Source: an uncultured Gammaproteobacteria bacterium (GTDB lineage Bacteria > Patescibacteriota > Microgenomatia > CAZETR01 > Amesbacteraceae). Taken from it: a stretch of 64,000 nucleotides of DNA. The stretch lies in NCBI GenBank assembly GCA_964518565.1, contig CAZFGX010000001.1, forward strand, positions 734,568-798,567. The letters are read 5' to 3'. This document shows, one piece after another, positions 18,324-28,739 of this stretch. Below the pieces are notes generated by a model. It did no database searches, had not been told where the DNA came from, and worked only from the letters and a program-made list of their open reading frames with translations. The position numbers were made by a program, and so were the translations under genes. Every line of letters begins with the position of its first letter. Positions within the stretch are counted from its first letter, which is position 1.

Positions 18324-19430
18324 TTATCGACCTAGAGACAAAAATAACTCCAGGATATTTTTAGCAGATTTTTTCCAAGAAAATTCTTTCAATCTCTTCT
18401 CCCCCAATGGTTTCAACTTCAAGACATAAGTCTCATCAAACATTTTTCTCATCGCCTGTGCCATATCTTCAACAGAAGATGGATCAAACAGCTCCCCAGC
18501 TTGTCCAACCACTTCAGCCAATGCCCCACCAGAAGAACTTGCCACCGCCTTTCCTGCCTGCCACGCCTCGAGTATCGGCAAACCAAACCCTTCAGTAATA
18601 CTTGGTTGGATATAAAATGTTGCAAACTGTAACAAAGAATATCGTTCAGTATCAGAAATATATCCAGTAAAGACTACCTTCTTCTCTGCTCCATAGGTTT
18701 TTGGCGCTAAAGCAATTGCGTCATAAGACCAACCCCACTTTCCCGCAATCACCAATTTCACACCGTTCATGTCCAAGTTTGCAAAAGCCTCTATGAGCCG
18801 ATCCAGATTCTTTCGTGGCTGAATGGTTCCCACAAATAAAATATATTTCTGTTTTTCTAGACCAAATCGCTTTAATATACCCACATCAAGGGTGAACTGT
18901 TGGGGATCATAGCCCTCATAAATTGTTTGAATCCTGCTCGCAGCTGCACCTAGTCGTGTCACCAGCTGTGATTTAGTAAATTCACTCACTGCTACGATTT
19001 TTGTAGCCGTGGCGACAGCATATTTAGTAGAAAGCGGTAAATACCAGCGTTGTAGCGGATTTTCATATGCTGGTAACCACTCATATTCTATTCCATGAAT
19101 AGTCACCACTGTTTTTAGACCTGGTTTTCGAAAAACTGGTAAGGTATGTGCCGGCACCCACAATACATCCAAGGCTGTTGTCCAAGTTTTCCAGGCCAAA
19201 CCCACTTGAGTCCATAACCGAGGTAAGCTAATTTCTATCACTTCGACTTTCATATTGCTAAAGCTCTCAGCCTCAAATCTTACTTTTTGTCCCAACCTGA
19301 CAAAAAGCACAAATGTATGATCTTTCGCCTCAGGTAAATCCAATAGTGCCATCAGCATTTCCCTACTGTAACGTTCTGTCCCAGTTGGCTGATCAACAAA
19401 TGCTCGACTAGCATCAATTCCAATGCGCAT
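18324..19430 (-). CDS. GT4-family glycosyltransferase (Glycos_transf_1)
   Basis: EGFGLPILEAWQAGKAVASSSGGALAEVVG is the E-x7-E retaining-glycosyltransferase motif. Confidence 0.8.
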   Translation of the reverse strand: MRIGIDASRAFVDQPTGTERYSREMLMALLDLPEAKDHTFVLFVRLGQKVRFEAESFSNMKVEVIEISLPRLWTQVGLAWKTWTTALDVLWVPAHTLPVFRKPGLKTVVTIHGIEYEWLPAYENPLQRWYLPLSTKYAVATATKIVAVSEFTKSQLVTRLGAAASRIQTIYEGYDPQQFTLDVGILKRFGLEKQKYILFVGTIQPRKNLDRLIEAFANLDMNGVKLVIAGKWGWSYDAIALAPKTYGAEKKVVFTGYISDTERYSLLQFATFYIQPSITEGFGLPILEAWQAGKAVASSSGGALAEVVGQAGELFDPSSVEDMAQAMRKMFDETYVLKLKPLGEKRLKEFSWKKSAKNILELFLSLGR

Positions 19431-19469
19431 AAATATATTGTAACGTAAAACCCAGAGTATAATCCCCTC

Positions 19470-20213
19470 ATGAAAGAAACAGATATTCTCTCAGCAGCAA
19501 AATGGTTAAAAGGTCACGATATAAATCTTATAGCATTCGACGTAGACGATACTCTTCTGGATACATCCAAACACATACGTACTCATACCAATGCTTGGGT
19601 AAAAAATACTGCCGAGCAAATAGGTATTCCTGAAATAGAGCTTCATGCCCAATTTACTGAATATGGCCGTCAAGCCTTCCAAAACCCAGAGGTTCATGTC
19701 AAGCAAATTCGTTGGCAAATAATCTGTGATCAGCTAGCCAAGCATTTCGACCGTCCATCTTCCCAATTTGATCATAGGCCTATCTTAAAATTTTATGACT
19801 CCGCCCCAGACATCTATCCCGAAACCCGTTCCACTCTCGAATCACTAAGAAGTCACGGCCTCCATACCTTGGCCATTACACACTCACAGCCACATTGGCA
19901 TCAAATCAAGATGTCCCAACACAACCTCAGTCATTTGTTTGATTATCATGCCATTATTAACCCAGAACATGCCATCACAAAAACCAGTACACATTGGCGA
20001 GATGCAATAACCAGCCTGGGTAGTAAACCTGAAAAAACTTTAGCCGTAGGAGATGGCATCAAACCTGACATTCTCGCTTCATTGGCCGCAGGAGTAATTC
20101 ATGTAGTCCATATCACGCCCAAATGGGATATGTATAAACAAGGTGAAGTTCCAAAATCAGTTCATCAAATAGACGATATAGCCCAACTCATTCCCCTCCT
20201 CGCCCAACTCTAA
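19470..20213 (+). CDS. HAD-superfamily hydrolase
   Basis: Motif I LIAFDVDDTLLDT (DxDxT). Motif IV region LAVGDGIKPDI. Confidence 0.7.
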   Translation: MKETDILSAAKWLKGHDINLIAFDVDDTLLDTSKHIRTHTNAWVKNTAEQIGIPEIELHAQFTEYGRQAFQNPEVHVKQIRWQIICDQLAKHFDRPSSQFDHRPILKFYDSAPDIYPETRSTLESLRSHGLHTLAITHSQPHWHQIKMSQHNLSHLFDYHAIINPEHAITKTSTHWRDAITSLGSKPEKTLAVGDGIKPDILASLAAGVIHVVHITPKWDMYKQGEVPKSVHQIDDIAQLIPLLAQL

Positions 20214-21066
20214 TACGCCATTCTTGTCCATCTGCTATTACCTCCACGTCTCCACTTTTATCAGTTCTATATATATGCATACCTCGCTGTTGCAACAATT
20301 CAAGCGCTTCGGGTGCCGGGTGACCATATCGGTTTCCTTTTCCGCTCGAAATTATGGCAACTTTTGGCTGAAGTATATCCAACCAATCAGGCAACATTCC
20401 AGTTCGGCTCCCATGATGTGGCACTTTCAATACCTCCACTGGCACCAATTTCCCAGTTTGCATCTGCATCGGCTCCACGGGGATATCGGCATCAGCCGTT
20501 AACAACATATCAAAACTGCCGTACTGTATTCTGCCCACGACACCAAAACCATTCAAATCTGTGCCGTCACTCATCCCTTCCTTCATATGTCCTTCCACCC
20601 ACTCTCTACTCGGCCAAACGATTTCATATTTCACTCCAGCAAATTGGATCCGTTGTCCCGTAAATAAATTCACCGGCTCCAAATGCTGCTGTTGCAACAC
20701 CTGTCGCAAAGCCAAATACGCCACCGTATTATTTTTCTCTGGCCCGGCAAAAAATCTACTCACTCGATATCTATCCAGCACATGAATCAATCCAGCAAAA
20801 TGGTCAGACTGCGGATGAGTCATTACCATCATCTCAATCGTTCTATCAAAAAATGGTATATGGTCAGACAAGCAACCTAATACCCGATCATCTGGACCAC
20901 CGTCTACCAACAATTGCACAAACCCTCGACTTACCAATATCGCATCCCCTTGTCCCACATCACAAACCACTACATGTACCCGGTCATCTGGCCACACCCA
21001 CCATATACAAATCCCCAAAACCAAAATCAAACTCGCCAATATTAAAAGCGTTTTTTTATAAGCCAT
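20188..21066 (-). CDS. comEC: ComEC/Rec2 C-terminal metallo-beta-lactamase domain protein (3' half of a split comEC)
   Basis: VVCDVGQGDAILV and THPQSDH (HxHxDH) are the ComEC MBL signatures. Preceded by a single TM helix. Confidence 0.7.
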   Translation of the reverse strand: MAYKKTLLILASLILVLGICIWWVWPDDRVHVVVCDVGQGDAILVSRGFVQLLVDGGPDDRVLGCLSDHIPFFDRTIEMMVMTHPQSDHFAGLIHVLDRYRVSRFFAGPEKNNTVAYLALRQVLQQQHLEPVNLFTGQRIQFAGVKYEIVWPSREWVEGHMKEGMSDGTDLNGFGVVGRIQYGSFDMLLTADADIPVEPMQMQTGKLVPVEVLKVPHHGSRTGMLPDWLDILQPKVAIISSGKGNRYGHPAPEALELLQQRGMHIYRTDKSGDVEVIADGQEWRIRVGRGGE

Positions 21067-22238
21067 AAGACAAATACGCCTTCCAACAAGTACGCCAATA
21101 CCAGCAGCTCCAAACCAAAATTCACACCAATCGATCCAATACCCATTCTAGCCACTATTTGAACTGTCACAGTAATAATTTTAAGCAAAGGCCAAATCAA
21201 ATAACTTAATATTTGACCTATAGCCGAAAAACAAAGTCCTATAATAGTGATTATCAGTCCAAATTGCATAATAATTGGAACAATCAAACTAATAAACAGA
21301 GTCAAAAATATTGATATCCATGCAAACTGCCCAAAATAATAAGCCAAAATTGGCGCAGTCAAAAATGTGGCCCAAATTCCTACTTGTAGTTCCTGCAAAA
21401 AAATAGATTTTCCAAATCGAAATTCTCCTGCAATCAAAACTCCCAATGTTGCCAAAGCAGATAACTGAAAACTCACATCCGTACTGTAGGCTGGCCGAAA
21501 CAAAATCATTATCACAACAGCCAAATACAACACCCACACCCCCCCAGCTCTTCGACCCAAAAACTGGCCAATAAGTACAAACTCTGCCATCACTGCAGCT
21601 CGAATTATGGGCGGCACCATTCCTGCCAAAAATAGATACAATATATTACAAAATGTAACAAAGTATATCGTTTTTCTTCTTCCAAATAGCTTTTGTCCTA
21701 TTCCCGCAATCACAGCTGAAATTACCGAAAGGTTATAACCCGAGGCTGCAACAATATGCGTTAATCCCACCTGACGAAACAAATCCCGCATATTAGTCGT
21801 CATGGCTGAATTACCACCAAACAAAATCCCCGCACCTAGTCCTCCTTCGTCTGCGGGTAACCAATTTTTCCATAGTCCGATACTAGTTTGCCGAAAATCA
21901 TTCATAACTCTCCAAAACGATATTTCTGGAGAAAAAGCCTTAAAAATGTCTATATGAAGGTCAAAATAAACCTGTCCGTTAGCTATCGATCTTTCTTCTA
22001 GACTGCCAAAAATTTCTACCTCATCGCCAACATAGACATGTTTATCTGCGGGAATAACAATCTTCAACCCATCTACGCGTATAAATGCTCGAAATCTTGA
22101 ATCAGTATAAATATCTCGAACAATTGTATTTATCCGCACTCGTTGTCCAGCCTCATACTTCTGTCTCGTCTGGATTGCCCCAACAATCCTCACCGCACAG
22201 ATACTAGCTAGGAAAAAAACAATAAACCATTTCATCAC
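21042..22238 (-). CDS. comEC: ComEC/Rec2 N-terminal part (OB-fold/DUF4131 + polytopic 'Competence' channel domain)
   Basis: LTHIVAASGYNLSV competence-domain motif and many TM helices. Overlaps the downstream MBL ORF by 25 nt in a different frame. Confidence 0.7.
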   Translation of the reverse strand: MMKWFIVFFLASICAVRIVGAIQTRQKYEAGQRVRINTIVRDIYTDSRFRAFIRVDGLKIVIPADKHVYVGDEVEIFGSLEERSIANGQVYFDLHIDIFKAFSPEISFWRVMNDFRQTSIGLWKNWLPADEGGLGAGILFGGNSAMTTNMRDLFRQVGLTHIVAASGYNLSVISAVIAGIGQKLFGRRKTIYFVTFCNILYLFLAGMVPPIIRAAVMAEFVLIGQFLGRRAGGVWVLYLAVVIMILFRPAYSTDVSFQLSALATLGVLIAGEFRFGKSIFLQELQVGIWATFLTAPILAYYFGQFAWISIFLTLFISLIVPIIMQFGLIITIIGLCFSAIGQILSYLIWPLLKIITVTVQIVARMGIGSIGVNFGLELLVLAYLLEGVFVLWLIKKRF

Positions 22239-22807
22239 AAAGTATCGATCTGTTGTTTTATTTGGTCAAAAACTTTTTGTCCCAGGACTTTCTTTTCCAC
22301 CAATTCTTCAATACGCGAATATGGCCTATTTGAAATAATTTTTTCAGCAGTAGAAACACCGACTCCATTCAAATCCTCTAGCTCACTCGCAGAAGCGGAA
22401 TTAATATGCACCATTCGACTTGCTTTTTTCCCAACAGAGACTTGAGTAGCGTCAGACTTTTTTGGAATATACAACTTTATTCCATCTTTAAGTTTCTCAG
22501 TTTTGTTCAAGACTCTATCGATCCAATCTGCATCCACCTCATCAGAAAATCCACCCGCCGCTTCAATAGCATCACCCACTCTGTCCCCATAATGGAAATG
22601 GTACACACCAGGATTTTTTACTGCGCCAGATACATCCACCAAAACATTTCCAACCTCTGTATTAGTGTCGCTAGATTCCCCTAGGACTTGTATCTCAGAT
22701 TCAGCTTGTCCGCCACCTGCACCACTCCAAACTAAAAGCACTCCAACCACCAAAAACAAAATCCCTACTCCACCAATAGCATATACTGCTATTCTTCTAC
22801 GATTCAT
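22235..22807 (-). CDS. comEA: Competence protein ComEA (SLBB domain + helix-hairpin-helix DNA-binding domain)
   Basis: N-terminal TM. VDVSGAVKNPGVYHF (SLBB). INSASASELEDLNGVGVSTAEKIISNR (HhH). 4-nt overlap with the comEC start. Confidence 0.75.
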   Translation of the reverse strand: MNRRRIAVYAIGGVGILFLVVGVLLVWSGAGGGQAESEIQVLGESSDTNTEVGNVLVDVSGAVKNPGVYHFHYGDRVGDAIEAAGGFSDEVDADWIDRVLNKTEKLKDGIKLYIPKKSDATQVSVGKKASRMVHINSASASELEDLNGVGVSTAEKIISNRPYSRIEELVEKKVLGQKVFDQIKQQIDTL

Positions 22808-25197
22808 CCTGTAATAAAGTTAATCACTCTTCCTGGCACAAACACAACCCTCTGTACCTCTCCATTCAAAAATTTTGCTACATTTTCCTGTTCTCTCGCT
22901 ATTGATTCTACGAGTGATTGTTGGGCACCAGCATCAGCTTGCATGTCCAAAACCGCCCGCAATTTACCGTTCACTTGCACACTAATTTTTACTTGTTCAA
23001 CCATCTGCAGGTTTTTTGTTACCGCAGGCCAATCAGTCTTATGAATCGAATTAAAATTCCCAGACGACCCATACAAAAGACTATGCAACTCTTCAGTAAT
23101 AAACGGCGCTAACGGAGCCAATGTTTGCAAAAATACCAACACCATATCCTTGCCCACTGCTAATTTGTTCTCTGTCCAAAAGTTAACCAATTCCATCAGT
23201 GTCGACACAGCAGTGTTAAATTTCATAGCTTCAATGTCTCCTGCCACTTTTGTACTGGCCTTAAAAAATCGCGCCTGAATCAATTCCAAACTCTCGGCTT
23301 TCGCCTCCCGAGATTCACAGCTTAACAGCCAAACCCGCTTCAAAAATCGGTATACCCCCTCAAAAGATTCCCAATTCCACGCAGCAATCTGATCAAATGG
23401 TCCAATAAACATTTCGTAAAGCCTTAGAGCATCTGCTCCATATTTAGCTATTACCTCATCTGGATTTATGACATTCCCCTTACTTTTACTCATCCGTTTC
23501 CCATCTGGACCCAAGATCACTCCATGAGAGGTTCGCTTTGCATACGGTTCAGCCGTAGGCACTACACCTAAGTCATACAAAAACTTATGCCAAAACCGCG
23601 AATACAACAAATGCAAAGTCGTATGTTCCATTCCGCCGTTGTACCAATCTACAGGCAACCAATATTTCAGCTTTTCCGGTGATGCTATCGAAATGTTACA
23701 TTGTGGATCAATATATCTCAAAAAGTACCAGGAAGACCCTGCCCAATTAGGCATAGTATCAGTCTCTCTTTTGGCTAGACCTCCACATTCTGGACAAGTT
23801 GTGTTCACCCACTCAGTCATTACAGCGAGTGGCGACTCGCCAGTATCAGTCGGCTGGTACTTCTCTACTTCAGGCAATCTTACTGGCAATTGATCTTCGG
23901 GAACAGTCTGCCATTTAGCACATTTCCCACACCACACCATTGGAATCGGCTCCCCCCAGTAATGTTGTCTGGAAAAGATCCAATCTCGCAAATGATAGTG
24001 CACCATCTTCTCCCCCAATCCATCAACAACCATAGCAACCATTGCTTCTTGCCAATCCATACCAGAATATTTTCCAGAATCAACCAACACGCCCTCTTCA
24101 TTAACCACTATCTTGACTGTCAAACCATGCTTAGTGGCAAAAGCCATATCTCTATCATCATGTGCAGGCACACCCATGACCACCCCAGTCCCCACTCCTT
24201 TTAGTACATAATCTGCCACCCATACAGATATTTGCTCCCCATTTGCCGGATTCACTGCAACCAAATCAGTCCTCACACCTGTTTTTGCTTTTTCAGTTTT
24301 TTTTCTTTCTTCTTCAGAGGTATTTACGGATTTATCGACATACGTTAACACCTCTTTGTTTGGCTTCCAACCCATCTCCATCCACTCAGCTGCTACTTCA
24401 GGCGCCACAACTAAAAAGGTTACCCCATAAACTGTATCAATCCGTGTCGTAAATACTTCAGATTGCACACTAAATTGATCATTTTGTATCACAAATTGTA
24501 GTTTCGCACCATCCTTTTTTCCAATCCAGTTCGCTTGTTGTTGTTTAATATCGGATCGATAATCTACTGTATCCAAGTCTTGCAGCAATCGATCGGCATA
24601 TTCTGTAATTTTTAATAACCACTGACTTTGAGTTCTTCGTTCCACAGCTGTTCCCTCTCGTTCACATTTTCCATCAATTACTTCCTCATCCGCCAAATTT
24701 ATTTTGCAACTAGGACACCAGTTTACAGCAATTTCTTTTTTATAAGCCAAGCCCTTTTTATATAACTGTATAAAGATCCACTGAGTCCAGCGATAGTAAT
24801 CTGGATCAGTAGTATTTACTTCTCTACCCCAGTCAAATGATAACCCCCACGATTTTGCCTGAGCCTTTGCATTTTCAATATTTTTTTTAGTCGTAATGCT
24901 CGGATGTATTCCCGTCTTAATCGCATAGTTCTCAGCCGGTAGGCCAAAGGCATCCCATCCCATAGGATACATAACATTCATTCCCTTCATCCGACGCAAA
25001 CGTGCAACTGCATCCATACATGAGTAAGATCTCGCATGTCCTACATGCAAACGTTCCCCAGATGGATAAGGAAATTCTACCAACAAATAAGATTTTGGCT
25101 TCGAATCATGGTCGACTGCCTTATATAGCCCACTCTCTTCCCAAGTTGATATCCATTTACTTTCGAAACTACTAGGCACAAATTCTGGAATTGTCAT
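22804..25197 (-). CDS. leuS: Leucyl-tRNA synthetase
   Basis: HVGHARSYSCMDAVARLRRMKG...GWDAFGLPAENYAIK and KMSKSKGNVINP motifs. 797 aa. Confidence 0.9.
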   Translation of the reverse strand: MTIPEFVPSSFESKWISTWEESGLYKAVDHDSKPKSYLLVEFPYPSGERLHVGHARSYSCMDAVARLRRMKGMNVMYPMGWDAFGLPAENYAIKTGIHPSITTKKNIENAKAQAKSWGLSFDWGREVNTTDPDYYRWTQWIFIQLYKKGLAYKKEIAVNWCPSCKINLADEEVIDGKCEREGTAVERRTQSQWLLKITEYADRLLQDLDTVDYRSDIKQQQANWIGKKDGAKLQFVIQNDQFSVQSEVFTTRIDTVYGVTFLVVAPEVAAEWMEMGWKPNKEVLTYVDKSVNTSEEERKKTEKAKTGVRTDLVAVNPANGEQISVWVADYVLKGVGTGVVMGVPAHDDRDMAFATKHGLTVKIVVNEEGVLVDSGKYSGMDWQEAMVAMVVDGLGEKMVHYHLRDWIFSRQHYWGEPIPMVWCGKCAKWQTVPEDQLPVRLPEVEKYQPTDTGESPLAVMTEWVNTTCPECGGLAKRETDTMPNWAGSSWYFLRYIDPQCNISIASPEKLKYWLPVDWYNGGMEHTTLHLLYSRFWHKFLYDLGVVPTAEPYAKRTSHGVILGPDGKRMSKSKGNVINPDEVIAKYGADALRLYEMFIGPFDQIAAWNWESFEGVYRFLKRVWLLSCESREAKAESLELIQARFFKASTKVAGDIEAMKFNTAVSTLMELVNFWTENKLAVGKDMVLVFLQTLAPLAPFITEELHSLLYGSSGNFNSIHKTDWPAVTKNLQMVEQVKISVQVNGKLRAVLDMQADAGAQQSLVESIAREQENVAKFLNGEVQRVVFVPGRVINFITG

Positions 25198-25291
25198 ACC
25201 TAATTATACCCAACGAACTATATGTCGTAAACCAGATCCTGCCGTTAAAAGGCCGTACAGCGGGTCGATAATTTTTATACATTTGAACAAA

Positions 25292-25987
25292 TTATTTGTT
25301 CAAGTCATCCAAAACCACAGAATTTAACCGTTCGTCGCCTTCTATCCGACCATGATCAATGAACATTTTATACTCCTGTACGGAAAAATCGCCTAAGAAA
25401 ATATTTACCCATTTATCACCATTTATACCTATATATTGCGAATAGCTGCTATATAAATAATCATCAGGTCTAGTAGCACTCACCGTTTCTACTGGACCAA
25501 AACGACGAACTGTTCGGGACACGGGAACCAGATGGATGAATTTTGTCAAAGTCACAACCAAATCCTCGTCTACATGTCGCCCACGATACGCACTTTCAAA
25601 CAAACTTCCTCGTCGTTTGTACTTTTTATTAAAATACATGACATAAGCAGTAATCACCCGACGCATACACTTTACAATTCCATCAACACTTTCTTGCCGT
25701 AACAACAAATGAAACCTATTGGGCAATAAACAGTATGCGACGACTTGGACGTCTCCCGTCAAATTCATGGATTGTTTTTTTGCAGCCAAAGAAGGTTTCA
25801 GAGTTTTATAACCTATCGCCGTTTTATCTTCAAATCGAGTTGTATAACGTCGCAATAAACCTACAAAAAAATCATAATCTCCAGATTCCACAAAAATATC
25901 CCTACTATCGATACCCTTGTTATATATATAATAGTATGTCTGAGTCTTATAAATCTTTTTTCGAAATTTTACAGGCACAGAACTCAA
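25292..25987 (-). CDS. IS200/IS605-like Y1 (HUH) transposase-family protein, possibly a domesticated RAYT-like gene
   Basis: HUH-type motif LLPNRFHLLL and a downstream Tyr cluster YLYSSYSQY. Isolated gene in AT-rich DNA with GGTCAGACCT direct repeats upstream. Confidence 0.5.
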   Translation of the reverse strand: MSSVPVKFRKKIYKTQTYYYIYNKGIDSRDIFVESGDYDFFVGLLRRYTTRFEDKTAIGYKTLKPSLAAKKQSMNLTGDVQVVAYCLLPNRFHLLLRQESVDGIVKCMRRVITAYVMYFNKKYKRRGSLFESAYRGRHVDEDLVVTLTKFIHLVPVSRTVRRFGPVETVSATRPDDYLYSSYSQYIGINGDKWVNIFLGDFSVQEYKMFIDHGRIEGDERLNSVVLDDLNK

Positions 25988-26083
25988 AATATCACAGGTC
26001 AGACCTGGTACGCAATAGGTCAGACCTAATCCAAATTAGTGTCTTGACCTAAATATTCAAATACATATATAAATGTATGAAAC

Positions 26084-28168
26084 ATGAAATTAGCAGCAAC
26101 TACACAAAAAATAAATTACTACCTATCGCTCGTAGTAATGTTTGCCACTCCACTTCTTTTCTTACCTACAACTTCAGAATTTTACGAGATGAACAAACAG
26201 GCACTACTTATTATAGTTGCACTCGTATCATTTGTTTTATGGTCAATATCATTCATTAGTGAACGACAAGTTAAAATCGTCCGCAGCCCACTTGGACTGC
26301 CTGTCATTGGTCTAGTAGTTAGTTGGACCATATCTGCATTTCTAAAATCCCCTAACAAATTTGATGCCTTGTTTGATCCAAATCAACTGGGCACTATTGC
26401 GGGTCTTGGATTACTATTTTTTACTGCCATCAATTCATTTCGAGCCAAAAAACAAGTTGAAACAGCAGTCGGCACAATAGTCGCCTCAATTGCATTATTG
26501 GCAGCCACTACCTTGCTTTGGGCATCCAATCTTATGCCCAAAGTTCTTCCTGCCAGTTTCCTGCAAAGTCCTATCTGGACTCCTACAGGCAACTCGATTA
26601 GTACACTTGCACTACTGGTTTTATTTGCCGTCTTTATGGCTATCCTTATCATCAAAGGCCGAACTCAATTCGCAGCTGCCAAAGTCACTATGATATCAGT
26701 AGTCTTGGCTATTACTGTAGGTGCAGCTGGATTATTGACCTACCAACTCTTTTTCAATCCATCTCTAGCTCGACCAGTTTTCTTGAGCCAATCTGCCAGC
26801 TGGTCAATCGCACTCGAAGCATTAAAAACCTCTCCAATTTTCGGTACTGGTCCAGCCACGTATCTTTCAGACTTCACCAGTTTCCGCCCTATCAGCTACA
26901 ACCTAACCAACAACTGGGCCATCCGCTTTGCCTCTAGCTCAAATTATTATCTACAATTACTCTCAACCGTTGGCATACTCGGATTCGCCGCTTACGTACT
27001 CATCGCTGTTCGCACCACCAAACTCTTTAGTAAATCGTTCAAGACATCATCAGAATCACCCTTGCATGCTATTGCCATTGCATCCTCGTCTACAGCTCTG
27101 CTAGCCTTTGTTGGTCAACTCTTTATCCCAGTCAGCTTTGTATACTTGGCCACCATTTTCTTTCTATTAATCATCACCACCACCACATTTAAACAACTCG
27201 GATCTTCCTTAGTTCACGATGCCAATATCGACATCGTGGCTGCGAGTGAAACCGGAGGTAAATCACCCATCCTCCCATGGGTTAGCCTAGTCTTCTCCCT
27301 CATCCTTCTCGCACCCACCCTATACTTCGGCGGTCGACTCTATACAGCTGAAATGCTCTTCCAAAAGTCTTTGATGTCAGCCAGCACAAATGACGGCAAA
27401 GCCACTTACGACACTCTTATCAAGGCGATCAATATCTTCCCCTACAAAGACTCTTACCGCGTAGCCTATTCAAATGTAAACCTCTTATTAGCCAATTCCA
27501 TCGCTGCCAGTAAAAAAGATCTATCTGCTGATGATAAAAACACAGTTACCCAGCTCATCCAACAAGCTATCCGTGAAGCCAAAAACGCAGTTGCTCTGAA
27601 CCCCAATAAGGTAACCAATGTTGAAAACCTGGCTGGAGTCTATCGCCAGCTACTCACCCTCGCCAAGGGTGCAGATTCTTGGACAGTAGCTTCCTACCAA
27701 CGTGCCATCCAACTAGATCCTAGCAACCCAAATCTACGCATCGCCCTAGGTGGAGTTCTATACTCCCTCAAGAGTTATGACGAAGCTATCCGCATGTTCC
27801 AATCTGCCGCCGACCTAAAGCCAGACTTGGCCAACGCATACTACAATATTGCGGCTGCATACAAAGAAAAAGCCGATTACGCCCGAGCCTATGCTAACCT
27901 CCAAACTGTCGTCAGCTTGGTAAACAAAGATTCAGCCGATTACACCAAAGCCCTAGCAGAACTAGAAGAATTAAAGTCTAAAGTAAATGACAAGGCTTCC
28001 ACCTCATCAGCTCAAGAACCAGCCAAGACGAATCTCAACAAACCTGAACCTCTTCCTACATCCAAAGCTCAAATCCAGCTCCCAGCTGACCTAGGTCCAG
28101 ATACCACCATTACTCCTACTCCATCAGAAACCCCAAAAACTAGCATCACTCCAGCTCCTACTCGATAA
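26084..28168 (+). CDS. Large polytopic membrane protein (O-antigen-ligase/Wzy-like N-terminal region) with C-terminal TPR repeats and a Pro/Thr-rich tail
   Basis: About 10 or more TM helices in the first ~400 aa. TPR-like AYYNIAAAYKEKADYARAYANL. PT-rich C-terminus. Confidence 0.45.
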   Translation: MKLAATTQKINYYLSLVVMFATPLLFLPTTSEFYEMNKQALLIIVALVSFVLWSISFISERQVKIVRSPLGLPVIGLVVSWTISAFLKSPNKFDALFDPNQLGTIAGLGLLFFTAINSFRAKKQVETAVGTIVASIALLAATTLLWASNLMPKVLPASFLQSPIWTPTGNSISTLALLVLFAVFMAILIIKGRTQFAAAKVTMISVVLAITVGAAGLLTYQLFFNPSLARPVFLSQSASWSIALEALKTSPIFGTGPATYLSDFTSFRPISYNLTNNWAIRFASSSNYYLQLLSTVGILGFAAYVLIAVRTTKLFSKSFKTSSESPLHAIAIASSSTALLAFVGQLFIPVSFVYLATIFFLLIITTTTFKQLGSSLVHDANIDIVAASETGGKSPILPWVSLVFSLILLAPTLYFGGRLYTAEMLFQKSLMSASTNDGKATYDTLIKAINIFPYKDSYRVAYSNVNLLLANSIAASKKDLSADDKNTVTQLIQQAIREAKNAVALNPNKVTNVENLAGVYRQLLTLAKGADSWTVASYQRAIQLDPSNPNLRIALGGVLYSLKSYDEAIRMFQSAADLKPDLANAYYNIAAAYKEKADYARAYANLQTVVSLVNKDSADYTKALAELEELKSKVNDKASTSSAQEPAKTNLNKPEPLPTSKAQIQLPADLGPDTTITPTPSETPKTSITPAPTR

Positions 28169-28196
28169 TCTCCGGTTTGTTAAAATAATCTTAATT

Positions 28197-28267
28197 GGGC
28201 CATTAGCATAGTAGTAGTGCGCCGCATTCGCATTGCGGATACGGGGGTGCGATCCCCCCATGGTCCA
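28197..28267 (+). tRNA. tRNA-Ala (anticodon CGC)
   Basis: Hand-folded cloverleaf. Acceptor GGGCCAT/ATGGTCC with G3:U70. D-stem GCAT/GTGC. Anticodon stem CCGCA/TGCGG with loop TTCGCAT. T-arm GGGGG-TGCGATC-CCCCC. Discriminator A. CCA not encoded. Confidence 0.75.
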
Positions 28268-28336
28268 CCGAGTCTGCGAGCTGGATCATAGAGGAAATCA
28301 TAAAGATATTGATTTCCGATATGGTCCGATCAAATT

Positions 28337-28588
28337 ATGAAAAAACAAATATCTACGTCTCGACTAATTATTTTTTCCACCGGACTAACGTTTATGCTCT
28401 GGTTTACCTGGAGCTTCTTCACTCCATGTAACACCCACGCCCAATTTGGTCTAACCAAAGAATATAAATGTAAATGCTTAGGAATGGTAACTCAAAACAT
28501 AAAATATCATTACGAAGATCCAGGATTCGAAGCGTGTATAGGTCTAATCGTGTATCGATATGTAAGTTACGATCCCCATCGAAACTGA
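28337..28588 (+). CDS. Small hypothetical secreted Cys-containing protein (83 aa) lying between two tRNA-Ala genes
   Basis: N-terminal hydrophobic segment LIIFSTGLTFMLWFTWSFF. Five Cys. No homology recognised. Confidence 0.25.
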   Translation: MKKQISTSRLIIFSTGLTFMLWFTWSFFTPCNTHAQFGLTKEYKCKCLGMVTQNIKYHYEDPGFEACIGLIVYRYVSYDPHRN

Positions 28589-28605
28589 TATAATATTGCT
28601 GTCTC

Positions 28606-28676
28606 GGGCCCGTAGTTCACCGGTAGAATAACTCAATGGCATTGAGTAGAAAGGGGTTCAATTCCCCTCGGGTCCA
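28606..28676 (+). tRNA. tRNA-Ala (anticodon GGC)
   Basis: Acceptor GGGCCCG/CGGGTCC with G3:U70. D-arm GTTC-ACCGGTA-GAAT. Anticodon stem ACTCA/TGAGT with loop ATGGCAT. Canonical T-arm AGGGG-TTCAATT-CCCCT. Confidence 0.8.
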
Positions 28677-28739
28677 CATAAATTTTCCCAATACAAGCGT
28701 CTTCACGAAAACCAAATTAACAAAAAAGTGTATGAGTAG

